Positions 1 to 12,590 of a stretch of DNA of 64,000 bases are shown in pieces. The position numbers were made by a program, and so were the translations under genes. Under the pieces are notes generated by a model that ran no database searches, was not told the DNA's origin, and worked only from the letters and a program-made list of their open reading frames with translations. Position 1 is the stretch's first letter. Every line of letters starts with the position of its first letter. Source of the DNA: the human T2T-CHM13v2.0 reference genome, Homo sapiens; assembly GCF_009914755.1 (NCBI RefSeq), contig NC_060932.1, one strand, 5' to 3'.

Positions 1-7
1 AATTACC

Positions 8-120
8 TAGCTTCTGTGATCTTGGATTTCTCATCAATAAATTGAAGACTTAATGAGATAATGTTTGCAAAGTACCAAATATGGCTGTTGGTACATATTG
101 TGTGCTCAATAAATACTAGT
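8..120 (+). mobile_element. MIR fragment
   Basis: Degenerate MIR core and 3' end: 'ttctcatcaataaattg...aatgagataatgtttgcaaagtac...gtgctcaataaatactagt'. Confidence 0.6.
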
Positions 121-839
121 TAAATCAAAATTATTAATTCCCAGTGATCTTTATCACTTCATCCAGTTTGGCTGTCAGCTTTGTTTCTGTAAGGTTATCT
201 GTTATTATTACTTTGTTGTCATTGTTATTTTGTTATTATTAGTTAGGGTTGTCTGTACATTGAATAAAAAGGTTTATAAAATAGTTGAAATAATTTATTG
301 ACTATTATTACAACCATTAAGATTATGTTCATCCAACTCAAGCTTCAATTTTATCACAGACAAATAATCAAACAAATATTTCCTCAATTAATAAAAGGAT
401 ACTTTATAAGCACATATTTAAACTTCTTATTTATAATGCTGTGACTATTATCTGATCCAGTGTCAAATACAGTATTTTGTTATTGATGCTTTGCTATTTG
501 CTTATGGCAGAAAGACTGCTCAAGAAAAGTCTAGATAATTGTTGATAATGCTTGATTTGAGACAAAATCACGACCCTTATTTTACATGAAAAACAGCTCA
601 ATTAGGCCTCATTTCAGAAAGTTAGCTTCCTACAGTTATCCATTATGTCAGTATATTCTGCATTTGATGAGTAAAATGCAAGAAGAAATATAAAGATCAT
701 TTTGATATTGCAAATACATTTATTAATCAAATTCTAAGCATAGTTAGTAAAACTAAATTCGTTTTAACTACAAGAGGATTTCCCAACTATTTTCCCCGAC
801 ATTTTTAATAAATTACTTTTTATATTTGTATATATCTAA

Positions 840-1146
<307 letters not shown>

Positions 1147-1869
1147 CAACATTTTACATTTTAATAAATAAAATCAAAGTATAAGACTATAATTTAAAAA
1201 ACATATTCTATGCCATATGCTTCACTGTCAAATTCCTCTACTCACTTACATTTGTGTCTTCCTGACAGTTTAATTCATACTAAATATTTTGCTTTCAAAA
1301 CAATTTCTTGATTTATCAATTTTGTATATTTTTTATCGATTTTGTGGATTGGTGAAAATGATTTGTAATTTTTATCTAATTCCCTTATCTACTTCTATTA
1401 TCATTATAATAATTTTAGTTAAATTGCTATTTGGTGTTTGGATTTTAAAAATACGTATTTTTAATAGTAATTCAAAATTATACACAATGTTTACTTTTGG
1501 GTAAATTTTCTCTCTGCAGTTATTTTTTTGTTTATTGTTTGGCTTTTATGTTTCTTTTATCAATATTTTTCCCAAGCCCTTCAAAGTAATATAAAGCCTT
1601 TCTATGTAAAATGTTTCTTACATTCAAGCATATCAATTATCCCATGCCTTCCATTTTCTTTGAGATCTTTTTCCAGAGTATCCCTCTTTTTACCATGCCA
1701 CTCTAGAAAGGCTATTTCATAGGTCTGCCACACAGCTGCCATCCTGAGACTTACCCTTATCTTAATCAGAGGTTGCATCATCTATTTTTGGATAATTTTG
1801 TGAGCTTGCATATGGTGTCCATGGTTTGTAACCTTGCATTTTTATTCAGGGCCTATATTTAACTTTCAT

Positions 1870-2620
1870 TTTACCAAGTAAATAATTACAGGTTGAAAAT
1901 TATTTTCTACAGAATTTTAAAAGCATTCATCTATTGCATTCTAGCTTCTAGTGTTGCTTTTGAGAAGTCCAATGCCATTACTTTATTTTTTCAATGTGGA
2001 ACTTTCTACATTATCCTCAAAATTTTAGAATTTTTCTCTTTACACTCGTATTTTGAGCTTATATGGTGATATACTTTGATGTGCATCTTTTTTGACTTAT
2101 TTTCCTTGGCACTTCAGAGACACTCGTCCTTCAATTCTGAGATATTTTCTTAATTCATTTTCTTTTGTATAATTTTCTGTTCTCTGTTTTCTTCTTCTAA
2201 AACTCTAATAATTTGAATATCTTAAATTTGTTAAGCAACTGTATCTTTTTTATTTTCTATTTTATCTTTTTGTATTACTTTTTGGGAGATTGTTTCAACT
2301 TTAATTTTTAATATAATGTTGAGACTTTTTAAGCATCATGTTTTTAATTTAAAATAGTTCTTATTGTCTAATTGCTCCTGTTGTATAATACCCTGTTCTT
2401 GTTTTATTGATAGACTATCTTCTGTTTTCTATCTGAGGATATTAGCTATAGTATTTTTAAAGATATTCATTTTCTGTTATCTGTATTGTCTTTATTTACT
2501 CCAAGCTGCTTTCTTCCTATTTATTTTGTCCTTTGACTTTCAAATTGGAAGATATTTTAAATTTATTGATACTATTTGGCTGTTCATTTATATTTGAGAA
2601 TGACGTGCTATAAAACTTAT
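1870..2620 (-). mobile_element. Ancient L1 (L1ME/HAL1-type) fragment
   Basis: T-rich decayed sequence with the typical old-L1 motif 'ctagcttctagtgttgcttttgagaagtccaatgccatt'; boundaries approximate. Confidence 0.55.
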
Positions 2621-3286
2621 GAGCTCTATGTGGACGGGTTGGATTTGTTAACTGATAAACTTTTGGTTAAGATGACATTGTAGGGACCAGTTTATTGTAT
2701 TTATTGAGATGCCTTCAAATAAAAATAATTACAAGTGTATTTTCAGGGGTTATTTCTTTTCTCTAGTGAACACTCTACCAATCTCCTGCTTAAGGAAGAC
2801 ATGGTGGGGACCTTGGAGAATGATGTAGGATGGGAAGTGATGGTGGTTGCAGTGGTGGTGACAGTAGTTATTGATTACCCAGGTTTTTGGAGCCTAACAA
2901 AGAAAGGGAGCTAAAAGTGGCCTCATTCAATTTCTTTATTGTCGTTAATCCTCCTGATTTCCTGTGCTGTGCCAAGTATACTCGACCCTGAGGTCTCTCT
3001 GTCTCAATTAATCTACCGAATGAAATTTCTGCTAGAATGGGATAGAAGAACTGCGTGATGTTGGAAGTAAGACCACAGTTGTATTGGTTGTCTAACACAT
3101 CCCCTTATTTGGAGTATCATTACTTACTCTCACATTTGCTGGCACATGGTATTGCTAATTTTTGGAACTTTGCGGGTACTGTTACATGTTATCTTGCTTG
3201 TCTATGGCTTTCCTCTGTACATGTGAATGGTATTTCTCTGCTTTGCTATTTTCTCCGTTCATTTTTAATCTTCCCCCAATCATGAA

Positions 3287-3473
3287 TTCTTTTCCTTTGT
3301 TCCTTCCTTCCTTCCTTCCTCCTTCCCTGCCTCCCTCCCTGCCCACCTACATTTCTTTCTCTTTCTTTTTCTTTCTTTTTTCTTTCTCTTTCTTTCTTCT
3401 TCCTTCCTTCCTCCTTTCCTTCCTCTCTATTTCCCTTCCTTCCTTACCCTTCCTTCCTTTTCTTTCTTTCTTT

Positions 3474-3521
<48 letters not shown>

Positions 3522-3750
3522 TTTTCTTTCTTTCTGTCCTTCTTTCTTTCTCTTTCTTTCTTTTTCTTCTTTCTTTCCTCTTTATTTCTTTCTCTTTCTC
3601 TTTTCTTTCTTCCTCCCTCCCTTTTTCCTCCCTTCCATTCTTCATTACTTCCTTTCCTTCTCCTCCTCTTCCACTTTCTTCTCCTCCTCTTCCACTTTCT
3701 TCTCCTCATCCTTGCTTTCTCTGTTAGTTTCTCTTCCATTTTCTTTGTCT
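3287..3750. repeat. Compound polypyrimidine simple repeat (TTCC)n/(CCCT)n/(TTTC)n
   Basis: About 460 bp almost purely C/T on the + strand. Confidence 0.97.
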
Positions 3751-4109
3751 TTGGAGTTTATGACTTTATTTCAAAAAAGGGCACAGGTAAGGGCATGCAT
3801 TTATTCAGCCACATTTAACTAAAACTGCTTCTGAATTGAATTATTTATTTTTTGTTCTTTGATATTTTAAGTTTACCAATGTAGACATTGATTTAGAAGG
3901 AATGAACATGCATGCTCTCTCCAGAGAACATGCACATCACATATATGTTGGGAAATTCTTCAGTCTAGATTGACTAGTTGAACATTTCTAGATTAGAAAG
4001 TTTTTCAGTGTATCCTCTTTAATTTACTGAGATGCTAAAATAATTGTTTTAATCAAAAATGCATGATTAATAACTTTAATCAATAATACATAATTAATTC
4101 CAACTTCTG

Positions 4110-4700
4110 TCTGTATTTTTACGATAGAAACCTGATATCATGGCTGAAATCATTCTCCTGATTTTACCCTATCCAGTCAATCACAGAACCACGTTGATTT
4201 TTCTTACATCTTGAATCTCTCGGCTTCTTACTTTCTCTGCAGCCAATAGTGAAATCCAAATCACCAGCATCTTTCCCTTAAATTTCTCTCACTGCCGTCT
4301 ATTTGAATGGCTTTCCTTCTTTCACCTATTCTCCACTTAGTAGTCAGAGCTATCTTTTTTTTTTTTTTTTTTTAACAGGGTCTTGCTCTGATGCCCAGGC
4401 TGGAGAGCTGTGGCATGATCTTGCCTCACTGCAACCTCAGCTTACTGGGTTCGAGCTATTCTCATACCTCAGCCTCCTGAGTAGTTGGGACTACAGGACT
4501 GCACCACCACACCTGGCTAATTTTTGTATTTTGGTAGAGACGGGGTTTCACTATGTTGGCCAGGCTAGAGCCATCTTCTTAAGTCACTGATATGATAATG
4601 TCATAATCATAGGAAACATTAAAAGTTTCCCATTCTCTTAATATGAAGACCAAAACCTTTACCATGGTCCATAGGGTCGCATGTGCTCTAAACTCACCTG
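4110..4700 (+). mobile_element. L2 fragment interrupted by an Alu
   Basis: L2-like 'atccagtcaatcac...ttctccact...agtcagagctatctt' resumes after the Alu ('gaagaccaaaacctttaccatggtcc'). Confidence 0.55.
4357..4566 (-). mobile_element. 5'-truncated Alu with target-site duplication
   Basis: Poly-T, right monomer and part of the left monomer. TSD agagc(t/c)atctt at 4346-4356 and 4567-4577. Confidence 0.95.
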
Positions 4701-7369
4701 AAGTTTCAATTACATCTGTCCCTGTGACTGTGCTAACCTTCTGATAGCTCCTACAGTGTTGCAAGCTTCTTCTCAGCTCGTGAACTTCACTCAGTTATTT
4801 TGCCTGGAACCACTGAGTTTTCAAAAACTCCACCTCTCTCATACGCAGCTTTCAAAAATTATTACTTGGTAGAGGAAGGGGTCAGGGCCAAGGGAAATCC
4901 TGAAACATTTCCAGAAATTGTTGAAGCCCAATCTCTACCTTGTACAAGCTGTGTGACTATTTCTGAGTCATTCATGAGCTCTTAGAGGACCATCAGTTTG
5001 CTCATAATGGGTGGAGTTAATCGAACAATGAATATAAAATATTCATCACAATACCTTTCAAGTAGTTCATGTTTAATACATATTAGTTCATGTCTCTTCT
5101 CTTCTGTTTTTTTGGCAAACTATCAGTAACTATTTGGTGAAGGCATATAAGTTTGAAGAAAAGTTAATGATCACTATGAGACATGATATTAATACAAACA
5201 GACTGAAAAATCTTTCTCCTCTTAAAGTTTAGTTACAAACTTCAAAAATAATTTTAATAAAAGCAATCATCTCTGAAATAAATTACAGAAAGAGCTATTT
5301 CTGAAATTCTTTTGAAGTTTTGGGTTTTTTTTTTTTTTTTTTGTATTTTACTTTTCCTATACCAATTTCTAAACAAATGTGTACCATTTGCACAGTGACA
5401 AACTCAGGAGATTTTTGAAAGAAAGTTATCCATAAATATGAAGTATTGCATTTAGATGGAAAATAAAAAATGTTAGTGATAATGGTAATGCTAGTGTTGA
5501 TTTTTACATTTATAGAGCATATTTGTTTTCAAAGCACTGACAGAGCTTTCTGTTAAGGAAAGGAAAAAATTTAAGTGATGATTTCTCAAACATGATTGAC
5601 TAAAAATTTATATCATAGAGAAATAATGCCCAAATGTAGATTCCTCAAGGGTTGGCAGCACACTATGTCAGAGAGGCTTTTGTGCAACTCACTTATCCAG
5701 AAGCTGACTCAAAGAGATGTTCACTGAGAACTTTCTTAAGGCAACTCATCAAACACGACTCTTACATGAGGTTTCATTTCCATGATTCTTGGCCAATTTT
5801 TTTTTTTTTGGTCAAAAAAACTTTCACTTCCGTAAATCATCCCTAAATCATATTATTTCACATTCTCAACTGCAAGTATTCACACAGGTTTTTATCTTTG
5901 CTTTTACCTTTTTTCAAAGATGTCATGACACCATTTCTTTCTCCAAACACTGTGTTGTCTGTAGTTGTTATTCAATAGCACAAAAATGTGAACTCAAATC
6001 AATCACTTAAGATTTGATTTGGTCATTTCCAAGATTTGCAAAAACCTTAACTTGATTTTATAACCTATGTTCAAAAACTCTAACCCCGGAGATTTATCCT
6101 AGCTCTATTCCAAAGTACCTGTGTTATACCAAATGCACATCCCATCACTTCTCAGAGCATCAACTTGTAATTCTTTGCAAACTGTGGAATGATAATGGTA
6201 TATCATTCATATCAAGCTGATTTGAGTAAGAAACCATGAATAAACTATATTCTTTGTTCATGAGCTTTTTTGCTTTTTAATTTTCTACTTTGAAAATGTA
6301 CTATTTTTAATAGTATTTAATTATATTACATATTTTTATCTAATCGGAATTTAAGATTTTCAAAACTACCCAATCTCAAAAAAGTACAGAAATTTCCAGA
6401 AAAGTTTAAAAATTTTGTTCCATTCATATCTTGAGTAATTTCCCATCATTGGCCATTGAGTATGCAAAACATATAAACTAAGTTTTAGTGCTTTTAAATT
6501 CAGTGTCCTGAAGGCATTTGCAGCAAAAGATTAGGTATAAGATGGATTCTAAATTCAAGTTGCGCTTTACTATTCATCTTTTGTTGTTTAGTGTTTTCTT
6601 TTTCTCCATTAATACCTTAAAATCTCAAAGCCCCAAAGTGGTAGAGGAGGGAAGAGGAAGCTCATAGAGATGAAAAATACTGGTGTTCTCCGGAACCCCT
6701 GAGAGGGCCTTATAGCCCAACCTCCTCCTTTAGTAGATAAAGGCCTGGAGACTTGGAGAGAGTACAACTGGCTGTTTACAGTCTAGAATTCTTTTAGTCC
6801 AGGGGCCTTTATATTTTTCTTATGTCTAGTTATTTCCTCCTCTGTACAGCACCTTACTAGTCATATAACCTTTCATGTGTTCAATTTAAAAAATCTCTTG
6901 GAGGCAACAAGATGGAAAGGATCTTGATCATTGTCTTCTCATTTCTTGTTCTCTCTTTTTGAACACATGTGAAGATGCAATTCAGCAGAACAGAGAGACT
7001 GGGGAAAAGTCTGCTCTGAAGTAGGAGCAGTATAAAGCCATGGGCTAAATTAAGTTAAAGTAAAAAAAATAGGGAGTGACAGAAAATATTATACACTTGG
7101 CGAAAATTACCCACCAAGTTAACGGGTGGTATATTCAATTAAACAACATAATTATCTTCTATGATGTTTTACAGTGAGCAGGTTCTAACAGGAATATGTA
7201 TTATTAAAGTGCTGGTCTAGAGTTAACAGCTATGTCCTCTCTGAGAATGAGAATCCTGCCTGAATCCTCAGCGGATCCAACTGGCCCAGATCTCATATCT
7301 TAAAAGTTAACACAAGTGATTTCTTATCTCAGATCCTAATAAAGAGACAAAAATGAATAATTTGTTGAT

Positions 7370-7560
7370 AATGGCCACCGACATCATTTATTAAATGCTT
7401 ATTTGTGACAAACATTGTTCTAGATAACTTGCATATAGAATTTTTTTTACCATCACCACAATTTTAGAAATCTAGAAGTAAGTATAATTACCTCCATCTT
7501 ATAGACGAAGAAATTGAATTTTGGAGAAGTTAAGCCATTTGACTTATTGATGCTAAAGAC
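7370..7560 (-). mobile_element. MIR
   Basis: 'catttattaaatgcttatttgtg...ctccatcttatagacgaagaaattgaa...gagaagttaag'. Confidence 0.65.
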
Positions 7561-9254
7561 AAATTACCAAAGTTATGCCTGAGCTTAAACATGCTACATT
7601 TACATACACATTCCTAGTGCCAAGATTCATTTGTGAGAGAAAGTTTCAGATTAACGTACAGTTTCTTAGCACTAGGGAATATCAGAGAAATGCAGTATAG
7701 CTTCAGCTTAACTAAAATTCATTGCACATCTACCCTATAGCAAGTTCTGGGCTTTGCACAGCAAACAAGAGATAGATTTCAATAGATCCTGACTTTGAGC
7801 TATTCACATTATCACCTGAAAGATAGATGTGAAAATGTATAATTTAGTTGTAATGCAGGAAATGCAATGAGAGTGGTCGAGTTTTGCCTAGAGCTGGCCC
7901 TGACCTTCATCATGATTCCCAGGATATAAGCCTTGGCCATTTCTGTGTGGCAGGGTTCCATTCATGTCAAGTGTTAATTACGTGATAACCTCTGCTGTGT
8001 GAATTCCTGTGTACAGCACTGGAGGTCTGGAGCTTAGTGTTAGGAGATGTGAACATCTCACTAGATCCAGGGACCTATGTTAGACTGCTCATTTCCTACA
8101 TCACAGATTTATATGTCTCTATATGTATAATTTCTCAATGTATTCTGGTCTTTAAAGTTGCCACCATCAATTACTCTGTTATAATTGCTTTAATTCCTTT
8201 TTTGCTGTTCACAAATCCATAAACATGCTGAAGGGTAAGAAGTTTCCTTGACTCCATACACAATCTGAAACCCTAACACAGGTATCTTTCTCTGCATTAC
8301 AACAGTGGGAAGTATTTTGTTTTTTTCCTTTGCTTTTTGCCCAGGAATGACAACTTTTACCTGAAATAGGCTTCCTCAACTCCCTTAGAAGCCCCAAATC
8401 TCCAATCAGATGTCTCCCAGGGCAGTAGTTCAAGTTAAGAACTATCTTCCTGCAGCTTTTCTAAAATCTTACTAATTTACTATTTCAGGCCCATTTGTCT
8501 CCAAAATTTAGGAGCAGGCTGCATAGTTGAATACTCTGTTTCTTGCTTACTTGCTTTTTGCTAAATATGGATCACTTGGTTAGTTGTTTTTTGTTTTTTT
8601 TTTAAAGCTGTGTACTTTGTATCTACTAAGTAAAGTATAGGAGAAGAGATTATTCATTGCAGCTTTCTTTTTAAAAGGAGGTGTTCCTCTAAATGTTCCT
8701 TGGAGATATAACCTATATCTTTTATCTCTCATTTGAAAATTTGAGCTCTGACTTGGTGACAACTTTTGAGTGATTTTGTGAAGGCCATTTGAACTCTCTT
8801 GGTCTTAGCACACTCATTTTTACAATGAGAGTCAGGTGAGGTGCTCTCTTAAGTTTTATTTCAGCTGTAACATTGGTGATTCTATTGTTTGAAATCAAGG
8901 ATCATTTCTTATAAATTTCTATGAAAGCTGCAATATGCTCTGCAACAGTCCTCAGCCAGCACAAACTCGATACAAATAAGTATGAATTTGTAGGCTTACA
9001 AAATCTCAGAGTTCAAAGGGACTGTCAAGGTCGTAGAGCTCATCCCCTGTGGTGATACCTGAATACCTTCTACAACATCTCCACCATGTGGCCAATGAGT
9101 CCACAGGTGAACACCTCTACCAGACCCCACTACCTCCCAAGTCAACCAGTATTTTTCTGTGGCTATTACAAAGTTCTTTTCTCCAGTTGTTCCAAATTCT
9201 GCTGCATGCATTTTTCATTAGTAGGTCTGAATTCTGCCACTTATTACTTCATTA

Positions 9255-9449
9255 AAAATAATAATTCTTTTTTTTTACATAAAAATTATTTACATATTTG
9301 AAAACAATGACACAAATAGTCTTGTCTCCAGGACAAATAATTCGTTTCTTTGAAAATAATAATTCTTTTTTTTACATAAAAATTATTTACATATTTGAAA
9401 ACAATGACACAAATAGTCTTGTCTCCAGGACAAACAATTCGTTTCTTTG
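9255..9449. repeat. Tandem duplication, 2 x ~98 bp
   Basis: 9255-9352 and 9353-9449 differ only by T9 vs T8 and one T/C. Confidence 0.97.
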
Positions 9450-10719
9450 AAGAATTCTTGCTGTCTTATGGTTCTGAATGTGTTCCTAACTCTGATCACT
9501 TTCTTCTTAAGTTGATCCAGGTTGTCAATGCAGATTTTACTGGCCTGCAGGACTGGTCAAGGAAGTCCTAAGTAATCCTTGGTGATAGAACTTGAAAACT
9601 GACTTTTGGGAAGAAAGAAAGATAATCACTGTCAAATGAGCAAGTAATGACACGCATTTGTGCAAAGAGGGCAGGAGAATACTAATATCTGTTGGATATT
9701 TTGTGTTTCACTTTAAGTGCGTTGTTGCAAGCAAGGTAATTACTGAGTCCTCATCTTACAGTTGAAGTTACTGATACAAGACTGGTATCTGGTAGGGCTG
9801 GAAACCCAAACATTTTTTTAGGATTCAAAAATCCAGCAATATCCCTCAAGAACAAGGAGGATTTCAGACATATTGTATGAGGAAAAACTCTACTTCAATA
9901 ATATAAATGGTTGGAGTCAGGAAACTTGCCCCCTACTTAGTTTTCAAGGGAAATTGCTTTTGAAAATTTTGTAGAGAGAAGCTTCCTAGATTAGGTCCAT
10001 CATGCTACAAAATGACAAAAGGCTTTGGTACCCCTTTATAGAAATTAGAATGAGTTATGTATGTTGATGTATGGTCATTTTTCTCCCAGGCTAGTTCTGT
10101 CCTTCCCAAAAGGGGCCTAAGAGAGGGGATTTGTCTTCAGGCCACTGGGTAGTTCCTGCAGCTTGTGCGGAGTGGTGTAAGTGAGTCATCCACAGCAACT
10201 CCAATTTCTGGATAAATAGACTTTTGTACATATCTTTTTGGCTGGCTAAGTTTCTGCTGTTTTTTTCCTTGGAGTATCTGATACATAGAACAGCCATCAC
10301 TTAGAGTACCTATCTCGTACCATGCACAGAAAAACCTCCATTCTCCAGGAATGTCCACTGTGGTACAATCAGCCTTCCAGAGAACAAGGCAAATAGTCAG
10401 GGAACTGAATAAGAAGAACAGAATTATATGCAGTGGGGGGTGGAAATGGGCTCCTGAACATATCGGATGAGTGATTTGTAACCAGTGATTGAGCCTTATC
10501 TGTGAGTAGCTCCAAAAGGGCAAGAGGAGTATTAAGTGAGTTGATACATGAAAGGTGCTTAGAATGTTAATTGGTACGGAGTAAATGTTCAATGGCAGTG
10601 ATGATCACAGGTATTATTATTGGCTCAGAAGTTTCATTTGTGGAAAAAATAAAGATATCTTGGTTATATACTGGAGTGATGATTCACTATGGTCTCCTGT
10701 GTTGAAATTTGAGATCTGA

Positions 10720-11025
10720 GGCCGGGCGCGGTGGCTCCCGCCTGTAATCCCAGCACTTTGGGAGGCCGAGGCAGGCAGATCACGAGGTCAGGAGATCGAG
10801 ACCATCCTGGCTAATACAGTGAAACCCTGTCTCTACTAAAAATACAAAAAAAAAAATCAGCCGGGCGTGGTGGCGGGTGCCTGTAGTCCCAGGTACTCGG
10901 GAAGCTGAGGCAGGAGGAACGGCGTGAACCCGGGAGGCGGAGCTTGCAGTGAGCCGAGATCGTGCCACTGCACTCCAGCCTGGGTGACAGAGGGAGACTC
11001 GGTCTCAAAAAAAAAAAAAAAAAAA
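10720..11025 (+). mobile_element. AluY, full length
   Basis: 'gatcacgaggtcaggagatcgagaccatcctggcta' diagnostics, poly-A tail, TSD ttgagatctga (10709-10719 / 11026-11036). Confidence 0.97.
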
Positions 11026-11439
11026 TTGAGATCTGATACTCAAACTAGTAAACCTTGAGACCCACATGATCCTTTGCAATGAACAAGTAAGTGAAGCATG
11101 ATTGTTCTCTTATTTCAAACTTTACTGGTGCCCCCTCTCCTGCAGAAAGCAGTTTAAACTCCCAATGAGGGGAAATATACACAGCATTACATGGCTGCTG
11201 CCTATCCCCATCCCCAAGCCCCTCCCATCTCTTATTTTATTCCCTTGCAATCCTGCACGTGGACACCAAACTGTTTTACCTATTGTGTGTTTTTGTCCAC
11301 CCTGTTCTTTCTTCCTTGAAAGAACATTATTTGCCAGAAGGAAGAGTGGAGCTATACAACTTAATTGTCATATCCCTTGGGTCTGCTCTGTTAAAGGCTT
11401 ATGAGGTATTCAATTATTTTGTTAAAATTACAGAGAATC

Positions 11440-11760
11440 ACATTATTTATTTCACAATCATTTATCAATTGTCTTCTATATGCCAGGCAAGGTGCAGAAA
11501 CTAAGAAGTAAGACAGAATCCTTGTCCTTACATAGCTTATGGGAAGAGAATAAATAAATGTAGCATTAGACGGTATGGTCAGGATAAATGGAAAGTTCAG
11601 CTGAGGAGCTCTGGATTAAACCTGAGTATGTCAGAGATATGGGAGTGACTGGACTTTGCAGAAAGACAAATTCTCCTAGCAAACAAATGAGTGAGTAAGC
11701 ATCCCAACAAAGAGAGAAACATACTTGGACTTGGTCTATGGTAGGTGCATGACGTTAAAA
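11440..11760 (-). mobile_element. L2 3' fragment
   Basis: 'catttatcaattgtcttctatatgccaggc...agacagaatccttgtcctt'. Confidence 0.55.
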
Positions 11761-12399
11761 GCACACCATGCTTGCCAAGAGAAGGAAGGTATTTTTGCCC
11801 GATACACTCAGTGATGTGGTCAGACTCTGTCATGATAGCTCCCAAAGTACCGCAAGGAAGGAAAGTGGGAGTGGTAAGCCCTGCCAGACCATCTTCAGAA
11901 CACGGTTGTGATGACCCTAAGAGGTAAGAATAAGAGGATGGCTGGGCTAGGAAAGGCTTTGTGGACTGTGAGCTGTGGCACAGGAATGGGCCAAGACAGG
12001 GAGTTTCTGTCTCACTGTTCTAAGCATCTCTCTGGCCATGACATCCCAGGATGCAATTGGCCAGCACTATACTCTGAGTTCTTCTCCAGGCTTAAATCCT
12101 CAAATGCCTCCAGTTACTGACAGGTGTCACAAATTTGTGAGCCATGACAGGTGTAAGACAAAGGGAGCAAGTTGCTCAGATTGATAGCAGTTGGCCTTAC
12201 TTAGCTACATTCTCTTTCAAATACCTTGGTTCCCAAAGAAAACAGAAAAACACAAAAGGGACCCATAGGCCTCCCATCGGTGATCTCTTGCAAGGCATTC
12301 TCTCTCCCTATAGTCCCGTCTCTAAAGCCATGCCTTCCTATATCTCTGCCAAACAAATCTATGTGATCATGACTGCCACATAGGGAAATGCAAGGGAAT

Positions 12400-12590
12400 A
12401 GGCTTTGGAGTATGGCAGGCCTGGATTCAGAGCACTTATAAACCATATAACATTATTCAATGTCTCTGAGTTTGGTTTTCTTCATATTAACTCCCACTTT
12501 GAAGAGTTGCTGAGGTTTACTAAAATATACATGATATGATAGACAAGATATCTCACTTGCACATAGTAAGAAGTCAATAAACAAATAATA
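12400..12590 (+). mobile_element. MIR
   Basis: 'ggctttggag...cctggattc...tctctgagtttggttttcttcat...cacatagtaagaagtcaataaa'. Confidence 0.65.

Noticed and set aside
3162-3818. 218-aa F/L/S-rich ORF and the antisense K/E/R-rich ORFs
   Set aside because: Translations of the pyrimidine simple repeat, which lacks stop codons by composition
5640-6420. Possible old DNA-transposon internal sequence (also 300-800 and 54660-55130)
   Set aside because: No terminal repeats or family could be identified by eye
10137-10592. 151-aa minus-strand ORF
   Set aside because: Non-ATG start in MIR-like sequence, no recognisable domain or splice context
10780-11008. Alu-derived ORFs here and at 4303, 17973, 30488, 35635, 36520, 40910, 54009 and 55126
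   Set aside because: Typical Alu frame translations (SPRLECSG...), not genes
3780-11930. Isolated strong donor motifs (about 3786, 11086, 11923)
   Set aside because: No convincing paired acceptor or reading frame; such motifs are frequent by chance
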